In this document: one piece after another, positions 1 to 9,974 of the stretch | Numbering within the stretch: position 1 is the first letter of the stretch | Layout of the letters: each line of letters starts with the position of its first letter | Assembly (NCBI GenBank): GCA_050949565.1 | Contig: JBMNFY010000020.1 | Location: forward strand, 60,215-124,214 | Source of the DNA: Kiritimatiellia bacterium | GTDB taxonomy: Bacteria; Verrucomicrobiota; Kiritimatiellia; RFP12; UBA1067 | Reading direction: 5' to 3' | Length of the DNA stretch: 64,000 nucleotides | Notes under the pieces: model-generated | What the model was told of the DNA's origin: nothing | The model's database searches: none | The model's input: only the letters and a program-made list of their open reading frames with translations | Program-made: the position numbers and the translations under genes

Positions 1-1
1 A

Positions 2-622
2 AGTTATAAGGAACAATATCCGTTGGTCACAACAAACGTGCTGTTGGAAGGTGTGGATGCTAATGAAAGAAATACGCCGGGATTTGTGGTGATTTCCAAT
101 AGCTCGGTCAGGATTTTTCGACACTTCCCGAACATCGTTAACACACTGACGAACTGTACGGCAAGTCATTACGTCAAATGGGAAGAGTATGTAACGGCCA
201 CCTATGAGAACAGGCTCCATTTGTTTAATATGACATCCCGAAACCCCTTGGCTTCAATCGATCAACTTTTTGATGCCGACGTTCTTTGGTCGCCAACAGG
301 GCGCTATCTTGCCGTGCGGGGGTACCGTCTAATCAATGATCCGCCATCTGATACGGTGTCTCCAGCAATGACAGAAAACAGCAGACTCAAAAGTTACTTA
401 TGGGTCGTCGATACGCAGCAGCCTGAGAAGCTTTATGCCATAGATCAATTTTATGATTTTGCCGTGTCAATGGAAAATCAAGGCATGAAAATGCGGTATG
501 ACCTACGCAAGTGGATTGATTGCGATAGTTTGAAGTGCGGTGTCGGGTGGAATGATGAGGGCAAAACGATAATAATTCGTTTTGATGCAATGACTGGGAA
601 GCCAACGGTTGTGCCCGAATAG
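2..622 (+). CDS. Hypothetical protein, 5'-truncated by window edge (possible beta-propeller/TolB-like C-terminus)
   Basis: Frame is open from base 2 to TAG at 620-622. WSPTGRYLAV resembles a WD40/TolB blade. More AT-rich than neighbours. Confidence 0.6.
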   Translation, partial: SYKEQYPLVTTNVLLEGVDANERNTPGFVVISNSSVRIFRHFPNIVNTLTNCTASHYVKWEEYVTATYENRLHLFNMTSRNPLASIDQLFDADVLWSPTGRYLAVRGYRLINDPPSDTVSPAMTENSRLKSYLWVVDTQQPEKLYAIDQFYDFAVSMENQGMKMRYDLRKWIDCDSLKCGVGWNDEGKTIIIRFDAMTGKPTVVPE

Positions 623-625
623 GGC
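552..625 (+). repeat. 74-bp direct repeat, copy 1 (3' end of the first ORF)
   Basis: Aligns ungapped to 2642-2715 with 7 mismatches. Confidence 0.9.
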
Positions 626-707
626 TAACCGATTACGCGGTGCGTTCCTAAAACCAGTTGCTGGACCGTTTCCGCAGTAGTATTATTTTTTCAGAGGTAG
701 GAGGAGT

Positions 708-2627
708 ATGATGAAAACGAGAGACTTGGTCATTGGATTGTGCGTGTTTTGCGTTGTTGCGGGTGCGTTTGCCGAGCGGACGGGGCCGTGGCCAAAGGAG
801 AAGGCGTGGGCGTGGTACAACGCCCAGCCATGGATGCGCGGTTGCAACTACATGCCCGCGAGTGCGGCGAACCGCGTGGACCAGTGGCAGGAGTTGGGCA
901 GCGAAGAACGGTTCAAGGAGGTGGATCGCGAACTGGCGCTGGCGGCGTCGATCGGCTTCAACACGTTGCGCATCTTGGTCGAAGAGCAAGGCTTTGGCGT
1001 GTGGTATCACGATCATGACGGTTTCATGGCGCGGTTCGAGCGCATGCTCTCGATCATGGAGCGACATGGAATCCGCGCCATCGTCGTGCTCGGCAATGAT
1101 TGCTCGCGTCCGAAGGAGTTGTGGAAACTGCCGGCTCCGGGGCCGCAGCCCTGCGACTGGGGTTACCACGGGGGACGGAAGCTCTCGCAGCACGGATCGT
1201 TTCCGGGGGCGATCGGTTACACGTCGCTTGATGATCCTGAGCTTAACCCGAAGTTCTTCCAGATGTGCGAGGAGTTGTTGACGAAGTATCGCGATGACGA
1301 CCGCATCGCCTTTTGGAACCTCTGGAACGAGCCGGGCAACAACGGACGCGGAAAGATCACCGCGCCGCACCTGCGGAAGCTCTTTGAACTGGGGTGGCGG
1401 ATTGATCCGAAGCAGCCGCTCGCGGCGGATCTTTGGGGTGGTGCCTACGGCGCTGCCGATGACAAGAACGAGGCGCAGAAAGTTGCGGGCGCGTGTTCGG
1501 ACATCGTCAGCTACCACTCGTATCGTCCGTTCGCAAGCCAGATCGAACTCGTGAAACGGCTCAAGACGCTTTACGGGCGTCCGATGGTCAACACGGAGTG
1601 GCTGGCGCGCATCCTCGGTTGCGAGGTGTTTGACTGTTATCCGTTCTTTGCTCAGAACCGCATTGGCTGCATGTGCTGGGGGTTTGTGGCGGGGAAGTAT
1701 CAGACCTATGAGCCGTGGGAGGGGATGTGGCGAGAGGTCGAGCGGGGCGGCGGTCAACACTATGACCTGTCGAAGTGGTTCCATGATCTGTTCCGGCCTT
1801 CGTTGCGTCCGTATGATCCGAAGGAAATCGACGTGATCAAAAACGTCAATGCGCAGATGGATGCGGAGCGCGCGGGAGGATCCATCCGTGCCAAGATCGC
1901 GAAGACGCGCAAGATCGTTGCGGAGGATATGTGGCAGGGTTTCCGCCGGACAAAGTTTGACTTCAACGGCCGTACGGCCTGGGTGGTGGAACCTTCGCGC
2001 GCACCGCGGGCGGGGGTGCCTTGGACATGGACGATGCAGTGGGCCGAGGCGTTTGTGGACCGTACGGGCGTGCCTGATCTTCTGCGTCAGGGCTTCCATC
2101 ATGTGACGCTCGAAGCCTTTGACCTACGTGCGAATGACGAGGGGGTCGCGCAGTTTGCCGAGTTTCAAAAATTCCTTGTGAATGAGCTTGGCTTCGCGCC
2201 GAAGGCAGATTTGGTAGGCATGAGCTGGGGCGGCTTTTTCTCCGTGCGTTACGCGGCGGCGCATCCGGCCAACGTGGCGAAAATCTATCTGGATGCGCCG
2301 TTGCTGAACTTCGACGGATTTGGCAGCGATCCGAATCGCATCGGGCCTTGGGGCGCGGTCGCGCCTGCGGACGGCAACTGGGGTGCGGTGCCGGGCATGC
2401 CGGTGAATCAGGCGGAGGCGATCGCGAAGGCCGGTATCCCGGTGCTGCTCTTGTACGGCGGTCAGGATCAGACCGTTCTGCCGGCGAAAAACTGCGAGTT
2501 GTTCGCCGCCCGCTTCAAGGAGGCCGGCGGCAAGATCGAGGTGAATCAGCGCGGTCTGTTCGGGCACCACCCGCACGGCGTGGACCCGGACAAGACGGGG
2601 CTGATCACGAAATTTTTCATGCGGTGA
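708..2627 (+). CDS. Secreted GH-A clan (GH5-like) glycoside hydrolase fused to a C-terminal alpha/beta-hydrolase (esterase)
   Basis: Signal peptide; WNLWNEP acid/base and NTEW nucleophile motifs; C-terminal GMSWGG elbow, DQTV and GHHPH; RBS ggagga. Confidence 0.85.
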   Translation: MMKTRDLVIGLCVFCVVAGAFAERTGPWPKEKAWAWYNAQPWMRGCNYMPASAANRVDQWQELGSEERFKEVDRELALAASIGFNTLRILVEEQGFGVWYHDHDGFMARFERMLSIMERHGIRAIVVLGNDCSRPKELWKLPAPGPQPCDWGYHGGRKLSQHGSFPGAIGYTSLDDPELNPKFFQMCEELLTKYRDDDRIAFWNLWNEPGNNGRGKITAPHLRKLFELGWRIDPKQPLAADLWGGAYGAADDKNEAQKVAGACSDIVSYHSYRPFASQIELVKRLKTLYGRPMVNTEWLARILGCEVFDCYPFFAQNRIGCMCWGFVAGKYQTYEPWEGMWREVERGGGQHYDLSKWFHDLFRPSLRPYDPKEIDVIKNVNAQMDAERAGGSIRAKIAKTRKIVAEDMWQGFRRTKFDFNGRTAWVVEPSRAPRAGVPWTWTMQWAEAFVDRTGVPDLLRQGFHHVTLEAFDLRANDEGVAQFAEFQKFLVNELGFAPKADLVGMSWGGFFSVRYAAAHPANVAKIYLDAPLLNFDGFGSDPNRIGPWGAVAPADGNWGAVPGMPVNQAEAIAKAGIPVLLLYGGQDQTVLPAKNCELFAARFKEAGGKIEVNQRGLFGHHPHGVDPDKTGLITKFFMR

Positions 2628-2641
2628 TGCCGCAACGGTTT

Positions 2642-2715
2642 ATGATGAAGGCAAAGCGATAACAATTCGTTTTGACGCAATGACTGGGAAGCCAATGGTT
2701 GTGTCCGAGTAGGGC
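2642..2715 (+). repeat. 74-bp direct repeat, copy 2 (orphan gene-end remnant)
   Basis: Reads DEGKAITIRFDAMTGKPMVVSE* versus DEGKTIIIRFDAMTGKPTVVPE* in copy 1. Confidence 0.9.
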
Positions 2716-2767
2716 GAAACTTCATTCGTTATTCACTCTCTCTTTCGGATCGTGTATGCTTTGTTCC

Positions 2768-3436
2768 ATGTTACGCGGTGGGGAGAGGCGAGATGCTACG
2801 ACAAGCGGTTGCGGGCCGTTGTTCAGGCATGTAGGCTGGATAGGGCGGTTGGCCGTCGGCGCGTTGCTGCTGGTCGGGGTCGTTGGGTGCGGCGACGGAC
2901 CGCGATTGCGTCCGGTGACACCGGAGTCGGTGGTGCTGGCCTTTGGCGACAGCTTGACCTCAGGAGAAGGCGCCGATGAGGAGCAGAGCTATCCAGCGGT
3001 GTTGGCGCATCTTTTGGGTTGCGAGGTCGTGAACGGCGGTGTGGCCGGCGAGATCACACAGCAGGGCGTCGCCCGTTTGCCGGAGATGTTGCTGGACCAT
3101 CGACCACAGATGGTTATCATCTGTTTCGGCGGTAACGATATGTTGCGTAAACTGGACGATGAGGTGATCACGCGGAACCTGCGCGAAATGATCCGTGCAG
3201 CGCATCAGGCGAAAGCCGACGTGATCCTGATCGGCGTTCCGCGCCCCGGATTGTTGCTGCGCGCGCCCTCCTTTTATCAGGAGGTTGCGGAGGAGTTCGG
3301 CTTGGTTTACGAGGACAAGATCGTGGCCAAGATCCTCTCGAGGCCGACGCTGAAAAGTGATTTGATCCATCCGAACGCCAAGGGTTACCGGAGACTTGCT
3401 GAGCGTCTGGCCGATGTGATCCGAAAAAATTCTTGA
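2768..3436 (+). CDS. GDSL/SGNH arylesterase (TesA-like), probable lipoprotein; start uncertain
   Basis: FGDSLT, NGGVAG, GGND and DLIHPN blocks; lipobox-like VVGC. Confidence 0.85.
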   Translation: MLRGGERRDATTSGCGPLFRHVGWIGRLAVGALLLVGVVGCGDGPRLRPVTPESVVLAFGDSLTSGEGADEEQSYPAVLAHLLGCEVVNGGVAGEITQQGVARLPEMLLDHRPQMVIICFGGNDMLRKLDDEVITRNLREMIRAAHQAKADVILIGVPRPGLLLRAPSFYQEVAEEFGLVYEDKIVAKILSRPTLKSDLIHPNAKGYRRLAERLADVIRKNS

Positions 3437-3464
3437 AGTAGAAAAAAACAGAGTGGAGGAGATT

Positions 3465-5807
3465 ATGATGAAAAAAACTGTGTTTCTTTGGGGCGTGTTG
3501 GGCCTGGTGTCGGCATCGGTTTGGGGGCAGACGTCATGGACTTTTGAGAAGCCGCATGTGTGGGCGCGCGATAAGGATGCGATCACACTGGAGAAACAGG
3601 GGGATCACTTTATCGTGCGCCATACTGGACAGCGCGATTGGTGCATGGGGGGCTTTCAGCGCATTGCTGTTGAACCCGGCGAGATCTTCGAATTGCGCTG
3701 TCGGGTCAAGGCGGTTTCCGAGGTGGGAGCGGTTGCGGTGTCGACCGGCGTGGTTCTGCGTGACGGCGCGGGCCAGGAAATCAAGTGGATCTATGGCGGC
3801 GCACAGGTGATGACGCCCTGCGATTGGACTGAACTGGTTTCGCGGTTCGTCCTGCCCAAGAATGTCGCCACCATTGAGCCGCGTCTTACCGGCAGCCAGC
3901 CGGTCACAGTCGAGGTGCAGCGCTATGTGGCCATGCGCGCGGGATCGGTGAAAGATCGCGTCAAGTCGGGTGCACAGGGACAGACGCAGATTGAGAACGG
4001 ACGGTTGCGTTTCAACGTCGACGGCGCGGCTGCGCGTTTGTCGGTGACGGACCTGCGTACCGGCCGCGTTTGGTCGCAAGAGGGCGGCGATGCGGGCTGG
4101 ATGGTTACCAGCGCAGAGGTGTCGGGCGACAAGCGTTCGCTGACGCTGGCCTTGCTGGAGCCTGAGACCGTGCGGGAGTTCAAGGCTGTGTTCGCGTTGG
4201 ACGAGCAGGCGGCGGAGTTGTCGGTCGCGATCTCGATGGACGGGGCGATGCAGCGCCCGCTCAATTTCCCGTTGCCCTTCGCAACGCGCAAGGGCGACCG
4301 GCTGATCGTGCCGATGAATGAAGGGGTCGGGTATCCGGTTCACGAAGAGCATCAGGGCCTGCACCGGTTGATCGCCTACGGCGGGCATGGGATCTGCATG
4401 GGATTCTTCGGCGTGACGGAAGACGCGACCGGCGCCGGTTGGATGTGCATTTTGGAGACGTCGGATGATGCGGCCATGGATGCCCGCAAGGGGGCGGACG
4501 GAATGTGGGTGGCCGGTCCATCGTGGGATGCGCAGCGCGGTCAGTTTGGCTACACGCGCAAGGCGCGTTACGTGTTTTTTGAGGCGGGCGGGCATGTGGC
4601 GATGTGTAAGCGTTACCGTGCGCACGCCCGGCAGGTCGGTTTGCTCGTGCCGTTTTCCGAAAAGGTCAAGCGTATTCCGGCCATCGATCGTCTGATCGGT
4701 GCCGCGAACATCTGGCGCATAGGCAAGGGGGCGGGGGATGCCGTGGCGCTGGTCAAGGAGATGCAGGCGCTCGGTATGCGCCGACTGCTGTGGAGCGGGG
4801 GCGGATCGCCCGAACAGATCCGGGCGCTGCGGGAACTGCCGGATGTGCTGGTGGGCCGCTACGACATCTACCAGGACATCATGGATCCCGCCAATCACGA
4901 GAGGATCGGCTACAAGCACGGCGATTGGGTGACTGAGGCCTTCCCGCACGATATTAACTGGGCCGGTCCGGACGCGACGCAGTGGCGGCGCGGCTGGCGC
5001 GTCAAGGCAAAGGACGGCGAGATGATCCCCTGCGCGGTGATCTGCGACTCGAAAGCCCTGCCCTACGCCCGCAAGCGAATCGCCAAGGACTTGGAGACCA
5101 AGCCGTATACCGCGCGCTTCATCGATACCACCGTCGCGGCGCCCTGGTTCGAGTGCTATCATCCCGACCATCCGATGACGCGCACGCAGAGCCGCCAGTA
5201 CAAGATGGAGTTGCTCAAGCTAATTGGTGATTTTGGTCTGGTATGCGGCAGTGAGACCGGCCATGAGGCGTCGGTGCCGTTCTGTGACTATTTCGAGGGT
5301 ATGCTCAGCCTCGGTCCCTACCGCGTGCCGGATTCGGGCCGCAACCTGCTGCCGGAGTGGGACGAGGTGCCGGAGCGGCTGGCCAAGTATCAGGTGGGCG
5401 AGGCGTACCGCCTGCCGCTGTGGGAGCTGGTGTATCACGACTGCGTGGTGGCGCACTGGTATTGGGGCGACTACAACAACAAGCTGCCGAAAGTCTGGCG
5501 CAAGCGCGATCTGTTCAACGCGCTCTACGGAACGCCGCCGATGTATCTGTTCGACGGCGCGCGGTGGGAGGCGAAAAAGGCGCAGTTCGCCGCCAGCTAT
5601 CAGGTGGCCGCGCCGGTGGCGCGCGCGACCGGGTATCACGAGATGACCGACCACCAGATTCTGTCGCCGGACCGCACCGTGCAGCGCACGGTCTTTGCCA
5701 ACGGGGTGACGGTCACGGTAAACTTTGGCGAGCGCCCGTACCGTATGCCCGACGGGAGTGAGATCCCGGCGATGGATGTGAAGGTCGCATACCCGAAGGA
5801 ACAGTGA
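3465..5807 (+). CDS. Secreted putative glycoside hydrolase (CBM-like N-terminus; GH101/GH129-like catalytic region)
   Basis: Signal peptide; FIDTT, GSETG and LPLWELVYHDCVV motifs recall GH101/129-related proteins; RBS ggagga. Family not verified. Confidence 0.6.
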   Translation: MMKKTVFLWGVLGLVSASVWGQTSWTFEKPHVWARDKDAITLEKQGDHFIVRHTGQRDWCMGGFQRIAVEPGEIFELRCRVKAVSEVGAVAVSTGVVLRDGAGQEIKWIYGGAQVMTPCDWTELVSRFVLPKNVATIEPRLTGSQPVTVEVQRYVAMRAGSVKDRVKSGAQGQTQIENGRLRFNVDGAAARLSVTDLRTGRVWSQEGGDAGWMVTSAEVSGDKRSLTLALLEPETVREFKAVFALDEQAAELSVAISMDGAMQRPLNFPLPFATRKGDRLIVPMNEGVGYPVHEEHQGLHRLIAYGGHGICMGFFGVTEDATGAGWMCILETSDDAAMDARKGADGMWVAGPSWDAQRGQFGYTRKARYVFFEAGGHVAMCKRYRAHARQVGLLVPFSEKVKRIPAIDRLIGAANIWRIGKGAGDAVALVKEMQALGMRRLLWSGGGSPEQIRALRELPDVLVGRYDIYQDIMDPANHERIGYKHGDWVTEAFPHDINWAGPDATQWRRGWRVKAKDGEMIPCAVICDSKALPYARKRIAKDLETKPYTARFIDTTVAAPWFECYHPDHPMTRTQSRQYKMELLKLIGDFGLVCGSETGHEASVPFCDYFEGMLSLGPYRVPDSGRNLLPEWDEVPERLAKYQVGEAYRLPLWELVYHDCVVAHWYWGDYNNKLPKVWRKRDLFNALYGTPPMYLFDGARWEAKKAQFAASYQVAAPVARATGYHEMTDHQILSPDRTVQRTVFANGVTVTVNFGERPYRMPDGSEIPAMDVKVAYPKEQ

Positions 5808-5816
5808 GCGTGGGCG

Positions 5817-5844
5817 TTGACAACCGGGTATGGTTTAGTATGCT
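5817..5844 (+). promoter_or_regulatory. Putative sigma70 promoter
   Basis: TTGACA-N16-TATGCT, 21 bp upstream of ATG 5866. Confidence 0.5.
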
Positions 5845-5865
5845 GAAACCGTGGAGGGTTTAACT

Positions 5866-8319
5866 ATGCGCATGATGATGTGGGTTGTGTGTTGTCTGAT
5901 CGCGGTGAGTGTGTCTGCCGGGACTGGAGACGGTGTGCTGGTCAAACGGGTGGCGGAGGGTGGTCACGCTGAAAAGCTGACGCCGCTGGTACCCGAACGC
6001 GCGGGGGCGTACGGGGCGGGGTTCACACGTGACGGTGTGGAGTATATCTGTGACAACGGGGATCAGGCGGCGCAGCAGCGTGGTGTCGCGTGGAGCATAG
6101 AGTTGAACCAGAGCCGGGCTGAGCCGGTGGTGGCATCGGCTTGGGCGCGTGCCGAGCAGACAGAGGGTTCGCCCAACAGTGACTTCTCGCTCTATCTTGA
6201 TCTTGTGTATACCGACGGCACACCGCTCTGGGGGCAGTCCGTGCCGTTCGATCCTGATCCGGCGGTGGGGTGGCAGCGGCGTGAGGTGGTGGTTACGCCG
6301 GACCGCCCGATCCGTCGCATAAGCTACTACCTGCTTTATCGTAACCGCGCCGGGCGGGTGCGTTTCAAAGATGCGCGTTTCGGAACGCTCGCTATCGACG
6401 ATGTCCTGCGGTTTGACGGTGCAGTGACCGAGCAGGTCGGTACGCCGCAGCGGGGTTTCCTGATACGCGATGTGGCGCGGGAGTCGGGCTTTGTATCGAT
6501 CACGCGCGAAGCGCTCGGCGTCCGGCTGACGACCCGCGAGCGGCGTGCCGCCGGCGTGACCTTTTATGATGTGTCGCTGGAAGAACTCACCGGTCAGGAT
6601 CGCGCGATGACGCTCGTCTATTCCCTGCCGCAGCCGTCTGGGGCACTGGTATGGTTTCATGATCTGCGGCGGGCGATGGACTTGGACGGGCGCATGGCAG
6701 AGGTCATGAACACCACGCGGCGGCAGGTCGGCGCGAACGGCCAGCTTTCGCGCTATCCGTTCGGGGCGGTGGCGGCTGGCGGGAAGGGGTGCGCGCTTGG
6801 TATCGACACGGCGACGCCACTTTATTACCGGGTTGGCTGTCAGCCTCGGACGCGCGAGTTGTTCCTGGCGTGCGATATCGGTTTCGCGCCGGAAAAGCGG
6901 ACGGCCGATTTCCGTTTCTGCGTGTTCGATTTCAAGGCGGACGATGGTTTCCGCGGTGCGCTGGCGCGCTATTATGAACTTTATCCTGACGCCTTCGTAA
7001 CGCGCATCAGCAAGCAGGGGGTTTGGATGCCGTTCGCGCCCATCAGCAAGGTGGAGGGCTGGCAGGATTTCGGTTTCCGGATCAAGGAGGGCACTGACGA
7101 AACGGCGTGGGACGACGCGCACGATATACTGACCTTCCGTTATACCGAGCCGATGACCTGGTGGATGGCGCTCAAGGGGGAGGGTCCGCGCACGTTGGAG
7201 CGCGGCGTGGAGGAGGCGAAGCGGTTGGCGGCAGCCGGTAATCGCGCCGGACTGGCTTGGGAGAGCAGTGCGTTCGAGGATGAGAAGGGGCGGATTCCTG
7301 GGCGCGTGCTTGACACGCCTTGGTGCAACGGCGTGGTCTGGAGCATGAACTGCGCGCCTGGGGTGCCGGGCGCGGTGACCGATTTTTCAAACAAGTGGAA
7401 CGCCGCGTACATCGAGCACCAATACGGCGCCTCGCGTAAGGCCGCCTGTGACGGCGAGTACATCGACTCGGCCGAAGCGTATGTGACCGACGAACTGAAC
7501 TTCAGGCGCAGCCACTTTGCGAGCGCGGAGCGTCCACTCTGCTACGCGCTTGGTTCGCGCCGCGTGGGCATCTACAAAGGCATGATCGGTTTCGAGTATG
7601 TGCGGGAGTTAGCGCGTGAGATGCATGCGCGCGGACACTACATGATGGCCAACAGCACGCCGATCAGTTGGTGCTGGTTGGCACCGTTGCTGGATGTGAT
7701 GGGTACCGAGACCAATTGGAAGCACGGCGGGAAATGGCGGCCGATGGCTGACGAGGAGTTGCTCTACCGCCGTGCGATGTGCAAAGGCAAGCCGTTCTGC
7801 TTTTTGATGAACACGGAGTTTACGGCCTTTTCGTATGAAGACTCGGAAAAGTTCATGAAGCGGTCGCTGGCATACGGCATGTTTCCGGGATATTTCAGCG
7901 CCGATGCCTCGACCGGCCACTACTTTAAGCGGCCCGAACTGTACAATCGCGACCGTCCGCTCTTCAAAAAGTATATTCCGCTCTGTCGTCTGGTCGCCGA
8001 GGCTGGATGGGAGCCGGTGACCGGCGCGCGCTCGGACAACGCGGCGGTGACGCTGGAGCGGTTCGGCTGGCAGCCCGGCATCTGCTATCTGACGGTCTTT
8101 AACCAGTCGGAAACGCGCCAGAAAGCGACGGTGACACTGACCGCGCTTGCGCAGCCGTCGACCTGCCGCGATCTCGTGCGGGGTACGGAGGTTACATGGC
8201 GGGATAAGCGCACAGACATTGAGTTGGATGCCGACGATGTCTGCGTGCTGGCGTTCGAAGGGCCGTACGTAGGCGACGTGTTGGCCAAAGATGCGGCGGT
8301 TGTTGCACCTGTGGAGTAG
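5866..8319 (+). CDS. Secreted hypothetical protein, probably carbohydrate-active (CBM-like domain plus TIM-barrel-like region)
   Basis: Signal peptide; 817-aa ORF with host-like codon usage; DGEYIDS and MGTE resemble GH catalytic strands. Confidence 0.6.
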   Translation: MRMMMWVVCCLIAVSVSAGTGDGVLVKRVAEGGHAEKLTPLVPERAGAYGAGFTRDGVEYICDNGDQAAQQRGVAWSIELNQSRAEPVVASAWARAEQTEGSPNSDFSLYLDLVYTDGTPLWGQSVPFDPDPAVGWQRREVVVTPDRPIRRISYYLLYRNRAGRVRFKDARFGTLAIDDVLRFDGAVTEQVGTPQRGFLIRDVARESGFVSITREALGVRLTTRERRAAGVTFYDVSLEELTGQDRAMTLVYSLPQPSGALVWFHDLRRAMDLDGRMAEVMNTTRRQVGANGQLSRYPFGAVAAGGKGCALGIDTATPLYYRVGCQPRTRELFLACDIGFAPEKRTADFRFCVFDFKADDGFRGALARYYELYPDAFVTRISKQGVWMPFAPISKVEGWQDFGFRIKEGTDETAWDDAHDILTFRYTEPMTWWMALKGEGPRTLERGVEEAKRLAAAGNRAGLAWESSAFEDEKGRIPGRVLDTPWCNGVVWSMNCAPGVPGAVTDFSNKWNAAYIEHQYGASRKAACDGEYIDSAEAYVTDELNFRRSHFASAERPLCYALGSRRVGIYKGMIGFEYVRELAREMHARGHYMMANSTPISWCWLAPLLDVMGTETNWKHGGKWRPMADEELLYRRAMCKGKPFCFLMNTEFTAFSYEDSEKFMKRSLAYGMFPGYFSADASTGHYFKRPELYNRDRPLFKKYIPLCRLVAEAGWEPVTGARSDNAAVTLERFGWQPGICYLTVFNQSETRQKATVTLTALAQPSTCRDLVRGTEVTWRDKRTDIELDADDVCVLAFEGPYVGDVLAKDAAVVAPVE

Positions 8320-8439
8320 GGGGCGCGGTAGCGGTTTTTCTCACACGAAGGCGCGAAGGATTTGAGATTTGGGATTTGTGCTGCTCGGGTTTGTTTAACG
8401 CAGAGACGCAGAGGTTTTTGGAGGGGTAGACCGCCTGTT

Positions 8440-8464
8440 ATTGCGACCACCCAGTGGTCGCAAT
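8440..8464. repeat. Palindrome attgcgaccac-N3-gtggtcgcaat
   Basis: 11-bp perfect arms; related copies at 8618 and 10091. Confidence 0.8.
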
Positions 8465-8617
8465 GATGAGTGTAAAAACGGGCGGGAGGATGGGCACCGA
8501 GCGCGCAAAGGGCATGCAATGGTTGGGCAAGCGCGGGAACGGCCCCAAAAGTGCCCAAAATGCTGTGAATGGCCACGGGCGGGGCGCGGCTGCGTCGTGC
8601 GAGGTTTTAACCTCATC

Positions 8618-8642
8618 TTTGTGACCACTGAGTGGTCACAAA
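8618..8642. repeat. Palindrome tttgtgaccac-N3-gtggtcacaaa (possible terminator/operator)
   Basis: Perfect arms, 6 bp beyond the stop of the minus-strand gene. Confidence 0.8.
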
Positions 8643-8648
8643 AAGTGG

Positions 8649-9974
8649 CTACCTTTGCCATCCCTCAATCTTAAAGATACGTTCGGCAAGTTTGCGGTCC
8701 GGCTTGCCTGAGTCTGGCGTGAACCACACCTCAAAACGAGCCGCGTAAGGCTTGCCCCAATCACCTTCGTAGATCGTGAACCCGGCCTTCGCGCCGAACC
8801 GTTCCGACGGGTCGGCCGACCATGTCATACGCGTCCTTGATTTCGCTTCCAGTCTATCAACGGACAAAGGTGTGCCCTTGGTGACCTCAAACGCTTTTAG
8901 ATACACCGAACCAGGTTCGCCGGGATTGATCGAATAGGCGACACCGTAGATGCCGGGCTGCATTCCTGTAAGCAATTTGAACGGATGCCCCACGTCGCCT
9001 GCGAGACGGCCGGCCAACTCGCGGGATCTGGCGCGGGCCGAAGCCACGGCGGCTTCGGGATCCGTCAGGAATTCCGAAAACTCTGCTTCTAAATGGGCTA
9101 TTGTGGCTTTGGTTACACGGCGTTCACGATCATCTGATTCTTCAAAGATTTCGACCCAGACTCCGCCACACTCAATCATGACTCGACTCTCCTGCAGGTC
9201 ATTATCCACGTTCAATTTCGGCGTAACCAGATTGCTTCCCTCGTGAACATGCTGCACCGGATACCGGCCCCACTGTTTGAGATCAAGGCACAGGAGACAT
9301 CGCGTTTGAAACCGGGGATTACCGCCGAACCCTGAAATGTAGCCATGCAATGTATCTCGGGGTTCTCCGCCGTAACTCCAGCGTCTCGACGCAAAGCGGT
9401 CCCCCTGGTCCATAAACACATGCCAGTCCGGAGAAGCTTCAATGTAGTCACGGAAAGCTTTGGGGTGATCGATTGATGCTTTGCGCAACGAGGGCATCGC
9501 AGGCATGAAATCCGGTACGCCGGTTCCCGGAATGGTCAGCGCTTGGCGAACAGCGCTCTGAAGCTCATCACTCCCGGCAGGCGTACTTGAGCCCCAACGG
9601 TCGGTTGCATCTTGAACGGGCTCAGCAATCTCAATGCCTTCGGGAATCGTTAAATTGTCCGCAAACCCGTCTTCACTTGGCCCAAACATCAGCGTAAACA
9701 TCACGAAACCCAAGGCGAAGCTAGTCACAACTCCACACGCGACAAGGAGACAAAGGTTGGTGACGCCGATGCGCCATCTCTTCCGAATAAAGTTCCATAA
9801 GGTTGCGGCGATGATGCCCAAGAATGCGATTCCCGTACCCAAGAGTAGGACGTCGGTCAGAACGACAAGAGGTTGCCATCGGACGGCTGCCGTGATCACA
9901 AAGCAGCCGAGGAGGCAGAGGTAGACCAGCGCAGGCAACCATCGGCTGCTGAAATATCGCGTCAGTATTCTCAT
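8649..9974 (-). CDS. Hypothetical membrane protein (3 N-terminal TM helices plus soluble domain)
   Basis: Likely start MRILTRYF at 9974; hydrophobic N-terminus; lower GC than flanks. Confidence 0.75.
   Translation of the reverse strand: MRILTRYFSSRWLPALVYLCLLGCFVITAAVRWQPLVVLTDVLLLGTGIAFLGIIAATLWNFIRKRWRIGVTNLCLLVACGVVTSFALGFVMFTLMFGPSEDGFADNLTIPEGIEIAEPVQDATDRWGSSTPAGSDELQSAVRQALTIPGTGVPDFMPAMPSLRKASIDHPKAFRDYIEASPDWHVFMDQGDRFASRRWSYGGEPRDTLHGYISGFGGNPRFQTRCLLCLDLKQWGRYPVQHVHEGSNLVTPKLNVDNDLQESRVMIECGGVWVEIFEESDDRERRVTKATIAHLEAEFSEFLTDPEAAVASARARSRELAGRLAGDVGHPFKLLTGMQPGIYGVAYSINPGEPGSVYLKAFEVTKGTPLSVDRLEAKSRTRMTWSADPSERFGAKAGFTIYEGDWGKPYAARFEVWFTPDSGKPDRKLAERIFKIEGWQR

Noticed and set aside
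552-2715. Diversity-generating retroelement VR/TR pair
   Set aside because: Mismatches are not adenine-specific (4 of 7 are C/T) and there is no reverse transcriptase in the window.
8320-8648. attC downstream of the lower-GC gene 8649-9974
   Set aside because: The palindromes are perfect and short, with no AAC/GTT R boxes or extrahelical geometry.
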